DNA of 63,598 nt, counting the filler, from Octopus bimaculoides (taxonomy: Eukaryota), in assembly GCF_001194135.2 (NCBI RefSeq). It is 5 parts of 4 records of this genome, joined end to end, with 100 filler letters (N's around TTAATTAATTAA, not from the genome) between each part and the next. Parts side by side here need not be neighbours in the genome. Positions count along the whole stretch, not along the records: positions 1 to 18,187 come from NC_068991.1; 4 more parts are not named here. One strand, written 5' to 3'. Every line of letters starts with the position of its first letter. The first letter of the stretch is position 1. Under the pieces are notes generated by a model that saw only the letters and a program-made list of their open reading frames with translations, made no database searches and was not told the origin of the DNA. The position numbers were made by a program, and so were the translations under genes. Shown here piece by piece: positions 1 through 11,860 of this stretch.

Positions 1-150
1 CACACGATGGGCCTCCACACAGTTTCCGTCTATCATATTCACTCACAAGGCATTGGTTAGTCCCGGGGCTATATTGTAGAAGACACTTGCCCAAGGTGTC
101 GTGCACTGGGATTGAACCCAAAACCATGTGGTCGGTAAAACAAGCTTCTC
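1..150 (-). mobile_element. SINE family A (tRNA-derived, CORE-like), 5' part
   Basis: Matches the other family A copies (caaggc.ttggt...gacacttgcccaaggtg...gggattgaaccc). Confidence 0.75.
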
Positions 151-999
151 AATCATGTCTGTACTTAGTTATGTAAAAGATATTTATAGCTTTTCTCGAT
201 GTGCAATTTCTTTCTATTTTCAGAGGCGAAAATTTTCCCAAGGAACTTTGATGGTGAATGACTTGCAGCAGATTATTGGCGACTATGGATTCAACTTTTA
301 CGTGAAGAAGCTCATGTGATTAATATAGGTCGTAACTGGGAAAAAACCCAAATGGGACACTTCATGTCGTAATGCATTTGACCTAAATTCAAGACGCAAG
401 TGTTCATAATATCCCGGAACAAGTTAAAAAATACCAAATATATTACACATAGTAATATATGCAATGAGAATGTTGTGACATCTAATTATATCTACGTGTC
501 TCAAAAGTTATTTGCATAAGTCGAAGTCTCTAAGCACTTTTTATTCACTGCGTATAATAAAGTAAATAAGGATGTTTAGGCAAATTTCATGCATAAAGTA
601 AAAGAAAAAGTTTTCTTGAATGAATGGAAAAAACGTTTTTATATAAAATAGAAATATTGCATTTCTAAATCTCTCGGAGAGATTTATACAGTAAACAGCA
701 CGATATGTTGCCAACTTAATGTGGCAGTCCTATGAAAGGGAACAATGCTACTGCTATTTAACCCTAGGAAACATCGTTTCCAGTTGGCCTTGACACATTT
801 TCTCTGTCCTTATGTTTTCAAAGGGGGAGATAAGCACCTCCACCCAGCAAAGTTAGCATCCAGAGACTAGTTTCAGAGTCATTGCTCATCATCAGTCTGG
901 TTTTAGTCAATAAATATAGAATACTCTCTTGTTTATTCAATAAATGAAGCATAATGATCGACGAGACACATGAGCTTGATACATACATACATACATACA

Positions 1000-1030
<31 letters not shown>

Positions 1031-1534
1031 GTACATACACACGCGCGCGAATATTGAACAGTGAGAATGCGTGCTCAACAGTGCATTGATAGATAAATGT
1101 TCTTAATAGTGGGTTACCAAGGCAATTGATGGTTTCATGGAAAGTGGGTTGTAGTATGATAATACTTAGATTTATCTTGGATTCTACCCAAGGACATACG
1201 GACTAACATCCATACCCATCGGAAAAATGAACTGTGAACTTTATTTCCTTAATTTCTACTCCTTTATTTCATTGGTTATTATCTGTGAATTTTCCTGCCT
1301 AGACCTCTTATCTGAATTTCCATATTTTCTCTATTTTTCTCGCCTATCACTTGGGATATCCCAGAAACAGGAATGTTGTGCTCTCGATCACTTATACGCA
1401 TTGGAAACCGGGTAACCAGACCTATGAATCTTAGGGTTCGAGAAAAAAAAAGAGAAAAAAAAAAGAATGAATCAATGAAATCAAGTTGTTTAATTGTATT
1501 TAGAAAATCGTCATTGTGTAAAGTGAAAAGAAAT

Positions 1535-1735
1535 CAAGATGGCAGAATCGTTAGCACGCCAGGCAAAATGCTAAGCGGCATTTCGTCCGTCTGAGTTTCA
1601 ATTCCACCGAGGTCGATTTTGCTTTTCATCCCTTCAGAGTCGATAAAATAAGTACCAGTTGAATACCGGCGTTGATGTAACCGACTTACTCTATCCCTAA
1701 AATTGCTGGCCCTGTGCCAAAATTTGAAACCAATA
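1535..1735 (+). mobile_element. SINE family B (about 210 bp, tRNA-derived)
   Basis: A-box-like tggcagaatcg, B-box-like gagtttcaattcc, central ttttcatcccttcagagtcgataaaataagtaccag. Confidence 0.8.
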
Positions 1736-1824
1736 TGTATTAGAGTGCTTCAAAAGAAACAAAACAAACAAAAAAAAGACTCAAAGTATCTGTAGTAATC
1801 CCTTATCCCATAAAGCGCGGAATA

Positions 1825-2035
1825 AGGCGGTGAGCTGGTTGAATCGTTAGCGCGTCGGACAAAATGCTTAGCGAATTCCGTCCATCTTTATGTTCTGAGT
1901 TCAACTTCTGCCGAGGCCGACTTTGCCTTTCAATCTTTCGGGGCCGATAAAATAAGTACCACTGGAGCCGACATACGTAATCGACATACGACTCGCCTGA
2001 AATTGCTGACCTTTTACCAAAATTTGAAACCATAT
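1825..2035 (+). mobile_element. SINE family B
   Basis: Same organisation as 1535-1735. Confidence 0.8.
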
Positions 2036-2414
2036 AGCGTGGAATGTTCACAAAAACGCCATTCCTTCCTAATACAAAAGAATTTTAACTGCAGGGCTCT
2101 CAACTTTTAAAATGGATCGACTTTAGGCGTCTAATTTGCGAAAAACCACAAAATTAAGATAAATGTTTGATAATGATTACATATGCACGGAGCAGTGGTG
2201 AGGTTTTTGCTCGAACTTGTCGAACCTCCACATCCCAACCTCGCTGCCTGTCTGTGTATGTTGTATATGTCGACAGTACTTTATCGGGGCTGAGAAGTTA
2301 TCAAGCGAAATCTTTCATTTGTAATTCTGATAGTCTCTCGTTTCAGTTAATTCCGGGTTGATTATCTAAGCAAATAGTAATTTTGGTTGTTTTGGTTGAT
2401 TATATACACACCCT

Positions 2415-2453
<39 letters not shown>

Positions 2454-2465
2454 NNNNNNNNNNCA

Positions 2466-2521
<56 letters not shown>

Positions 2522-4104
2522 CACACACGTATGTGTGAATTCTGCACGCATGCACACACACGCATGACACACATACACACTCTCTCTCTCACCAGTGCAT
2601 ACACGAATAAGCAAATGAACATATGCACACACACACACACACACACACGCAAACATATATACAAACACAAATATATGTGTATGTGTGAGCATGTGTGTGT
2701 ATGTATACATGTTTAAGAGTACATATACATAAATATATTATACAACATGCAGACATCACACACATATACGTATACACGCGCATACACACAGTCCAAACAT
2801 ACAGACAGACCCACATAATACATACTCATTCATTACATTGCAATAGCTGCGCGAGTATACAGAAACGCACCCATAAACAAACGTATTGGTACCTCTTAGG
2901 AACACACCACTCCCAAGCTTGAAATTCCTCTGAAAGCTAACCAGTTATGTCTACTCGACTTGGCAGAATTATTAAAGCATCGAAAAATAACTTGTAACTC
3001 ATATTCCGGCTCTTAAACGTCCTGAGTTCAATTCCCCGCGAAGTTAACTTATCCTTTCGGAGTCAATAACGTAAAATACGTTGCATTTCCCCTCAAAACT
3101 GCTTCCATTGAGCCCGAACAGAAATTTCTTCGATGCCTGTCACCCATTTAGATTGACATGCTTTTTCTAGTAAACCACTGTAACAATGTACTTTCTAAAG
3201 TACTGCGTTAACGTACACTGTTAGTCCCGCCTTTCAGTGTCTTAAGGTCCGGGTTTATGACCCATTCATTTTTTTTTTTTTACCTTTGAGACAGGTAGGA
3301 GAAAGAAACGAAGTTATCTTCCAACTGAAGACCTGACTCTCAATGCTTGAAACAGAGTGAACTTGGCTAAAAGCATTCAAGAAATAACTCGGTGTTGTTA
3401 AACTTGACGGTGGATTAAGCCTAGCTCCCACTCCAAGAATTCAGAATGGAAACAACTGGAACAAATAACACAAGGAATTTCTCCTGACTCCCTAACAATT
3501 CTGTAAGTCCACGGCATTCGAATTAGCCTTTTCAAATAAACCCCGAAAAGATGAAAAGCAAAGTTAACTTTGACGCGATTTGAACTAAGAGCATCGAGAA
3601 CCAAAACAAATACCGCAAGGCATTTTGTCCTACAAAAGTCATTATGAAAGACTGTCTGAATTCGACATATTTTGTTGTAGAATAATTTCTGAACTTTTGA
3701 AGTGATAGCGCTTCTATAGTTAAGAGCTAAGAGCTGCTGCCTTGGTAAGAGAGGTAAGTCAAGCTTATTTTCTCCTTCTAACTTGTTCCAGTCCTTACCT
3801 CACGTCCCTAGTAACGGCCTCGGCTGGGTAGCTGAACAAGGCACGGAAATGTTACTGGTATGGGGGTATCGTTGAAATTAATAGCATTTTCGATGATTGC
3901 TTCGGACGCATATTTGGAATAGAGATCAGCTACTCAAAGCTAGGAATTGTTCCAGACGGTGATGGTGGTTTGACCACAGAGGTTTACAGACAACGAATCG
4001 CCCGCGTATTTATAATGTCATTTACAGATATTATAAATATATTAATGTCCCGAGACTCAAGCAAACAGAAGTGTTTAGAATGACCCGGCTTTTAAAAACA
4101 AATA

Positions 4105-4625
4105 CTAAAATAGTATTGCGGCATAGAATGTTGAAATCTAGCGATAGATTTTAAACTGGAACAATTCAAATTTGATATTATATTTACCTCAGCGACAGAT
4201 TGATCAAATCGTTATACGGAAGACAATGCATTCTTGATGTCTGAAAGGGAAGGTAATGCGAGATGTGATGGAGTCGGCTTGATTCTGAATATAAATAGCA
4301 TAGCATCAATGGTAACCTTTAGCTAATTTCAGAATGCTTTTAATAAAACTTAAAGCTAAGTAATGCAACATCAATATTATTGTTATGGGCCTATAAATAA
4401 GGCAACCGGATGAAAAGAAAAAGTTTCTTCCATCCATCGTTGCACGTAGGAAATGATTGCGTACCAGCAAGAGATATGATATATTTGATTCCTGATCTAA
4501 ATACAAAAGCTGGCAGTAGCAACGAAAGTGTAAAACAGACAGTGAGTATATATGGGCTTGAAGATGGTAATGAAAATTGTTTAAAATTGATTAGCTTCTG
4601 TGTAATTAACTATCATATAGGAGGT
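4105..4625 (+). mobile_element. Decayed RTE-like LINE, apurinic-type endonuclease (APE) fragment
   Basis: Motifs IAA*NV (IGTWNV-like), FDIIFTSATD* (DILGLSETRW-like), DGVGLIL and VPARDMIYLIPDLNTKAG...YGLEDGNENCLKLISFC, with stops and frameshifts. Confidence 0.75.
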
Positions 4626-4629
4626 ATTG

Positions 4630-5190
4630 TCTTTAAACGCAGAACGTGAAGTTGGATAAAATGCCGCCAAGCATTTAGCCCAACCTGTTAACAATTCTTC
4701 CAGTTCGCCGCCTTACTACCCTGTATAATAATCCTTTCTACTAAAGGCACAAGACCTGAAATTTGGGGTGAGGGGATTAGTCGATTTCATCGACACCAGA
4801 GTTTCATTGGTACTTATTTTATCAACCCCGAAAGGATGAAAGGCAAAATGGTCCATGGCAGAATTTGAACTCAGAACGTAGCGACGGGCGAAATACTGAT
4901 AAGCATTTCGTTCAACATGCCAACCATTCTGTCAGTTCGTCGCCTTACTACCCTGTATAACAATGGTTTCAAATTTTGCCACAAGGGCAGCAGTTTTGGG
5001 GGAGGGGATGAGCCAATTACGTCGACCTCATTGTTCAACTGGTACTTAATTTATCGACCCCGAAAGGATGAAAGGATGAAAGGCAAAGTCGACCTCGGCG
5101 GAATTTGAACCCAGACCGTAAAGACGGACGAAATGCCGCTAAGCATTTTGTCCGGCGTGCTAATGATTCTGCTAGCTCACCGCCTTAATA
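4630..5190 (-). mobile_element. Three tandem SINE family B copies (one partial, two complete)
   Basis: Copies at about 4630-4715, 4733-4947 and 4965-5187, separated by a repeated 17-mer. Confidence 0.85.
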
Positions 5191-5429
5191 TCCTGTATAA
5201 TAATAATAATAATAAAAGCAAATATTATATGTATGAATTTGATATAGAAATGAGCAACAAGTCTGATGATGCGACTTGCACCATATCGATTATATCGCAG
5301 TAGAACTCCTGCCATTCTCACTTTCATAAATTAGATATTTAATCGTATTTAAATACTATTTTTGTAGTATAATCGTCAATGTGGTTTCCTGGTAAGTAAC
5401 AGATAGACCCGAAACTCGCAAGCAGACCT

Positions 5430-5760
5430 TTCTCTCTTACAGGTTTTAGCTATATGGCTGAGGCCATGCCAGGGATACTGCTGTGATATCAATTTATGTC
5501 GTGTGCTCTGCATTTTATTGATGAATAAGCGAGTTCGATGCTATCCGCAGTTATTTGTGTCCCTTATCCAGATGTAGGTTTATCAGAGACTGTGCACTGT
5601 AGAATGTCTAATTTCTTTCTTGAAGGTGTTGACATCGACTCCACACTGACGTCTTATGTTTTGCAGAAGAATATTGAATAACTGTGGCCCTTTGAATCCC
5701 GGGCTGTTGCTGTACATTGCTCTTAATCACAAAGGAGTAAGTGCGCCTTTAGGAACTATG
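5430..5760 (-). mobile_element. Decayed CR1/L2-like LINE 3' end with 3' UTR
   Basis: Minus strand YSNSPGFKGPQLFNILLQNIRRQCGVDVNTFKK..., then DKPT...SNSLIHQ*, typical of CR1-group ORF2 C-termini; the tail follows. Confidence 0.7.
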
Positions 5761-5804
5761 CAATGATGTCCTGCTGTTTATTTCTGTCTCAAACCGATCT
5801 CTCT

Positions 5805-6720
5805 TTTACTCTTTTACTTGTTTCAGTCATTTGACTGCGACCATGCTGGAGCATCGCCTTTAGTCGAGCAAATCGACCCCAGGGCTTATTCTTTGGAAGC
5901 CTAGTACTTATTCTATCGGTCTTTTTTGCCGAACCACTAAGTTACGGGGACGTAAACACACCAGCATCGGTTGTCAAGTGATGGTGGGGGGACAAACACA
6001 GACACACAAACATATACACACACATACATATATATGATTGACCGTTGACTGAACACTATTCAATTTTTTTTCTCCGTGTTTTTCTCCTTGTCTCCGTATT
6101 CTTTCTGTTGAAGAGCGTAGCTCGAAACGTCAAAGACTTTCCGTATTCCCGAGCGTCATACTAATATATACTTTTGTTATNNNNNNNNNNNNNNNNNNNN
6201 NNNNNNNNNNNNNNNNNNNNNNNNNNNNNNNNNNNNNNNNNNNNNNNNNNNNNNNNNNNNNNNNNNNNNNNNNNNNNNNNNNNNNNNNNNNNNNNNNNNN
6301 NNNNNNNNNNNNNNNNNNNNNNNNNNNNNNNNNNNNNNNNNNNNNNNNNNNNNNNNNNNNNNNNNNNNNNNNNNNNNNNNNNNNNNNNNNNNNNNNNNNN
6401 NNNNNNNNNNNNNNNNNNNNNNNNNNNNNNNNNNNNNNNNNNNNNNNNNNNNNNNNNNNNNNNNNNNNNNNNNNNNNNNNNNNNNNNNNNNNNNNNNNNN
6501 NNNNNNNNNNNNNNNNNNNNNNNNNNNNATATATATATATATATACATATATACGACGGGCTTCTTTCAGTTTCCGTCTACCAAATCCACGTACAAGGCT
6601 TTGGTCGGCCCGAGGCTATAGTAGAAGACACTTGCCCAAGATGCCACGCAGTGGGATTGAACCCAGAACCATGTGGTTGGTAAGCAAGCTACTTACCACA
6701 CAGCCACTCCCGCGCCTATC
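5805..6720 (-). mobile_element. SINE family A copy interrupted by a Penelope-like fragment and a gap
   Basis: Head at 6553-6720 has A box TGGCTGTGTGG, B box GGTTCAATCCC and CORE-like cttgggcaagtgtctt; body and tail at 5805-6035. Confidence 0.85.
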
Positions 6721-7389
6721 ATAATTTTAAATATCATTTTTACATTAAAAAAAATTGTTAGTAGCCAATTAAATAATAATAATCATATTTGTTTGTTTTC
6801 CGGTCAGAGATGAGGGTGCGTGTCCCTTTATTAATCTCTATCATACAAGGAAGAAGTCAGCTGTTCATAAACCATGAATGCACTCCCAGTTTCATTCCGT
6901 GGTTGAACTTGGTTCACTTCTCTTCGCCCCGCAATCGACACGTGTTGAAGAAGTAATCATCAAAATAATCTGGTCTTGTAAAATGTGTAAACTTGTATAA
7001 AAAGAAGAAAAAAGAAATATATAATAAATGCCGCGTGGTTAGTGGGCCACGTTTGATGGTAACAGTCCTCGACTCATAAAAGACAATATCACTTGACCTT
7101 GATTGTCATCTGTGTTATTCTCGTGTTTGTGTAGTTTGTATGTGTGTGTGTGTGTGTGTGTGTAGATTGTATTCGTATGTGTGCATGAGTGTCTTTATCC
7201 GTATATGGGCGTGTTTATATGAGAGAGGGGACATAAGGAATTAGGGAGGAGAATCAAAGGGATGGATGAGGGTAAGAGGTAAGCTGTCATAACTCAATTC
7301 AGAGACAAGGAGCGATAAACAAGGTGACAGATGTTATAGTAGAAGCTAAGTGTAATTATAGACTTAGCGAAAGCCTAGTAATGTGACGG

Positions 7390-7423
<34 letters not shown>

Positions 7424-7509
7424 GGTAGTGGCGGTGGTGGTGCTGGTCTAGCTGCTCTGTGTTAGTGCTGGTGGTTTTAGTGGTGTGGTGGTGGTGTTAG
7501 TGGTGTGGT

Positions 7510-7544
<35 letters not shown>

Positions 7545-7546
<2 letters not shown>

Positions 7547-7765
7547 TTTTACTGTTTTACTTGTTTCAGTCATTTGACTGCGGCGGCCATGCTGGAGCAC
7601 CGCCTTTAGTCGAGCAAANNNNNNNNNNTTTGACTGCGGCGGCCATGCTGGAGCACCGCCTTTAGTCGAGCAAATCGACCCCAGGACTTATTCTTTGGAT
7701 GCTTAGTACTTATTCTATCGGTCTGTTTTGCCGAACCGCTAAGTTACGGGGAGGGATTAAAGAAA
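7545..7765 (-). mobile_element. SINE family A, 3' part
   Basis: cagtcatttgactgcggcggccatgctggagcaccgcc...ccgaaccgctaagttacggg. Confidence 0.8.
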
Positions 7766-7994
7766 CACTGAAGGAGAAAACGAAAAGCACAGTTTCTCAT
7801 GACAAAGTACCGACCAACATTTGTGTGTACCACACTAACACCTCTATACAACTACTGCTCCATTACAACCTTCATTCTCTCTACATCTCCTTCCTCAACT
7901 GAAATCTGGTCCGAAGAAATCCATGGGTTTTCATCTTATGCATAGTTCTGGGCTGCATTTGGAATTTTGCACATAAACTGTAACACCAAAATCT

Positions 7995-8042
7995 TATATG
8001 GACCACCTAAAGGCCATTATGAACCCCGGTTGAGAACCACTG
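7995..8042. mobile_element. hAT-type MITE terminal fragment
   Basis: ccccggttgagaaccactg is the reverse complement of a CAGTGGTTCTCAACC terminus, the same type as at 53269-53827. Confidence 0.5.
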
Positions 8043-8414
8043 ATCTAGAGTGTAATTTTAATGTTGAACTTCAGTCTCTGTTTGTGAAGTGGGTGAGCAA
8101 TTCATTGGACCTTCCTTCTATGAGATGCGTGTATTTTAAGGAAGTTGTGTGAAGTTATTTCAGGGGTGACTCACGGTTCACTATCATGCAGCAAATAACA
8201 AGCAAACGGTAGCTATATTAGTCAAATATTTATAAATATTTACCGTGTGTGTCGCCTCTTCGCAAATATGACAATGTCACCAATGTTCAAAATAAATATT
8301 TATGGGCGCAAGCACGCACTAATTTACTCCTTCACACACACACATACCACACAGACACACACATACATAGAGTTTTATGCAAAACAGGTACACGCACGAG
8401 AAAGAGAGGGAGGA

Positions 8415-8416
8415 AG

Positions 8417-8503
<87 letters not shown>

Positions 8504-8520
8504 TAGATAGATAGATAAAT

Positions 8521-8597
<77 letters not shown>

Positions 8598-8670
8598 AGA
8601 AAGAAAGTAAAAAGAAAGAGAAAAGAAAGATAAAAGAAAGTGAAAAGAAAGAAAGAGAGAGACAGACAGA
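8415..8670. repeat. Compound (GATA)n/(GACA)n/(GA)n microsatellite
   Basis: Seen directly. Confidence 0.95.
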
Positions 8671-9122
8671 GAGGATAAAAGCGTCTCTTCGTAAGATAGT
8701 CGCTCAATGTGCCACAAACAGCAATCAAAATGCTTCTCAAATCCTACGTCTACTGCTTTAAAACAAGAAGAAATTTTATAATATAGTTTTGGATTACATA
8801 ATGCTGAAAATTTAAAAGAGCGAATGGAACTTTTGATCTGCTAGAAATAACACCCAGAATCTCCCTCATCCCACACACGATTGTTATAGAAAACAAGAAG
8901 GATGTATTGAATTATATATAAAAAGGCTTTAAAATAAATCTGTAATGCGTTTGATCATAGGTTTGCCAAATCAAAATAGACCTGAGATTGAACCACCATC
9001 GACAAAACCATTTCCTCCTCCTCCTCCTCCACCATCACCACCACCATCACGCGTACGGGGAAACCCACCTTTTCTGTCGTGTATGTATATATATNNNNNN
9101 NNNNNNNNNNNNNNNNNNNNNN

Positions 9123-9157
<35 letters not shown>

Positions 9158-9589
9158 GTATATACATACGTGCTTTTACACAGGAAGAAAATTCAAGATG
9201 GCTGACACTCTTGGGAAGAGAAAGAATTGAGCGATGTAGAAAACCTTACATATTATGGACTACCGTTGTTTTCAGGGCCACTTTGATTCCTCATCTGTTC
9301 GGTGTTAGAGAAACTGCAGATAAATAATAATCGCTTTATGAATCCTTGTGATTCACTGTAATATTGTCCTGTTTTTTTTAATTTTTTATTTTAGCTCCAT
9401 TTAACAAAGCTCTGAAAATATCAACTATTCTGTATAATAGTCAAATATACAAGCTTCCAGTTGCTTTGTCTATGAAACAATATAAGATACAAAACGGTGC
9501 CAAAAATAGATATCTATGTTAAAAATAGGCATTTGTACTCCCATGCAGTCATACTATAGATACATCTTCATCGGCGTGTGCATGTGTAC

Positions 9590-9676
<87 letters not shown>

Positions 9677-9739
9677 ACTGTGTGTGTGTGTGTGAGACTG
9701 TGTGTGTGTGTGACTGTGTGTGTGTGTGAGAGTGTGTGA

Positions 9740-9787
<48 letters not shown>

Positions 9788-9810
9788 GTCTGTCTGTCTG
9801 TCTGTCTGTC
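9590..9810. repeat. Compound (GT)n/(TCTA)n/(TCTG)n microsatellite
   Basis: Seen directly. Confidence 0.95.
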
Positions 9811-9844
9811 CTCTTATACAGATCAACTGTAAAGCTCTGTGTAG

Positions 9845-10170
9845 GGAAGGCGCGTGTGGCTAGGGTATTCGGTTTACGATCGTAAGATCGTGAGTTCAAG
9901 TCCTGGCGGCGCGTTACGGCTTTGAGCCAGACACTTTTTTTTTTGACGTTTCTTCAGTCCACTAAAACTGGCCAAAATGAGTTGTACCTGTATTTGAAAG
10001 GGCCAACCTTCTCAGATTCTGTGTCACGCCGAATCTCCCTGAGAACAACGTTAAGGGTACGTGTATACGTGGAGTGTTCAGCCACTTGCTCGTAAATTTT
10101 ACAAGCAAGCTGTTTCGTTGATCAGATCAACTAGAACACTCATCGTCGTTACCGACGGAGTACCAATCTG
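9845..10170 (+). mobile_element. SINE family C (tRNA-like head, CAA-type tail)
   Basis: Head with B box gagttcaagtcc; the body matches the reverse complement of 49330-49500. Confidence 0.7.
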
Positions 10171-10669
10171 TATATTTGGATCAAGAAAACTGCCATACAG
10201 GCTGTACTCGTAAAACTCGTATTTCGGGCTATAATATCTTGTGTTACTTAACAAACCTTATATTCATCTAGTTCCCTAACCTATAACAGTCGCTCCCTCA
10301 CCTGTAATACGGCCGCATTAATCGCAGGCTAAGCTTGTGATACATTTAAAAATCAAAAAGTGCGTCTTATACATCCGCAAATACCGAAGACTCTCAAGGC
10401 TCTAGCTCATCTTGTCGTAAAAGGGTATCATAGTAGGTGTTGCTAAACAATTATGTGTAGCGAGAGCACTCTTATATAATACGTTGGTTTCGTTTTGTCC
10501 GGGCGGGAACGCCGTATAATGGGAGGCTCTGTGGTGTTGCGTTGACATCTTTTTTTTTTTTTTTTAATTTTCAAAATGGCATAAGCGTTCGTGAACGAGG
10601 AGAATTTGCATTGACTGAAAATGGAAAACCGTGTCGCGGTCTCGACTTGACTCGAAGGAAAAGATGAAG

Positions 10670-10838
10670 GGGATGATGATGTAGAAGGAGGAGGAGGAGT
10701 AGGAGGAGAAGAAGAGGAAGGAGATGGAGAAGAAGAAGAAGATGATGATGATGATGATGATGATAATGCTGCTGCTGCTGCTGATGATGATGAAGAAGAA
10801 GAAGAAGAAGAAGAAGAAGAAGAAGACGATGGTGATGG

Positions 10839-10869
<31 letters not shown>

Positions 10870-10915
10870 GGTGGTGAAGAAGAAGAAGAAGAAGAAGAAG
10901 AAGAAGAAGAAGAAC
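10670..10915. repeat. Mosaic trinucleotide microsatellite (GGA/GAA/GAT/GCT/GGT blocks)
   Basis: Seen directly. Confidence 0.95.
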
Positions 10916-11674
10916 GCTTTCTCCCTTCAACATCGAATGAAACTTTATACGAAGTGAGAAGCTGATGACGAGAAACGTCCCACAACCACCGACCCTACTG
11001 CCCCGACCCTACAAAACTAAAATAAAGAATAGAAGAAAAAGAAAGAAAAGAAAGAAAAAATGGTTTACTTATGCGTTAAATTACCACTCTAGATGTGGGT
11101 CGAGTTTATGTTATGATAGCCTAAGAGGTATTCCCCCATAGCTCTGTGTGCAAGCACAGCTCTCACTGAGCGTTGGGCATATCACGCGTTTGCCTGACTA
11201 TTTTTGTCGTTCTTACCACCCATATTCTAAGACTAATTCACATTTCCACACGCCCACATGTTCACATGTATAATAAATACATCGTCCCAAGCTGACATAT
11301 ATATATATATACAAAAAAAAAACAGCCATATTTACTGGAGTATAATAATATCTCGAAGATAATCCGACCACCACTTTTTGTACTTATAAATTAGTACACG
11401 TTTAGCCGCGTTTATCGCTAGTTCATTCATCACTGATCCAGATAAAGATCGTACGCTCAAATGTGAACTATGTTACGCTCATCACGGATTGATGTGTGTT
11501 AACACGGGTCGGCGATGAGTCGAAGATTCTGCTTGTACCGCAAAAACGCGTCCCTACAATCATGCACAGTACTCAGTTACCCAGAATGTATTGACCATCG
11601 TTTGAGTTTGCATGACCGTGCTGTGAGGCTGCGTAGTTTTTTTTATACAGATTTATGTGCTCGTATCCATCAAC

Positions 11675-11860
11675 ATGAGACTACAAACAGAAAATAATAC
11701 GAAGGCGCTGAATCCTAACATTCGACGCAGACGAGAATATTCTCTACAGGAAAAAGTAGAAATGATTAGGAAAATACGTGACGGTTGAAACTAAGCTTCC
11801 ACCGCAGTGGGTCGCGAGTTTAGTGTCAATGAATCTACCATTCAAAGAAGATTTACATTT
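11675..11860 (+). mobile_element. pogo/Tigger-like transposase remnant (N-terminal HTH_psq/CENP-B-type domain)
   Basis: MRLQTENNTKALNPNIRRRREYSLQEKVEMIRKIRDG*N*ASTAVGREFSVNESTIQRRF: HTH pattern with two stops. Confidence 0.75.

Noticed and set aside
224-319. Possible plus-strand terminal exon (tttctattttcAG|RRKFSQGTLMVNDLQQIIGDYGFNFYVKKLM*) with AATAAA near 555
   Set aside because: The acceptor is plausible, but I do not recognise the peptide, any upstream exon would lie outside the window, and the frame is ambiguous.
315-410. Minus-strand peptide NTCVLNLGQMHYDMKCPIWVFSQ, superficially like part of a CBM14 domain
   Set aside because: Only two Cys, no suitable upstream acceptor and an early stop.
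2362-2922. Many 60-240 aa ORFs in the track (poly-HT, CV, YI, SL, His, Ser, Lys runs and X-filled ORFs), here and throughout
   Set aside because: They are translations of microsatellites or N-gaps, with no domain content or splice support.
3754-3791. Tiny GTAAGT...AG intron-like segments (38 nt here, 51 nt at about 5392-5442)
   Set aside because: They are short for spliceosomal introns, lie at edges of decayed LINEs, and join no coherent reading frame.
7570-7680. Apparent direct repeat of a SINE segment across a short gap; the same pattern occurs at 36920-36995
   Set aside because: Identical sequence on both sides of an approximately 10-N gap indicates an unmerged contig overlap.
10443-10985. 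Overlapping poly-Ser/Pro, poly-His/Leu and poly-Lys/Met ORFs
   Set aside because: A trinucleotide repeat mosaic is open in several frames by construction.
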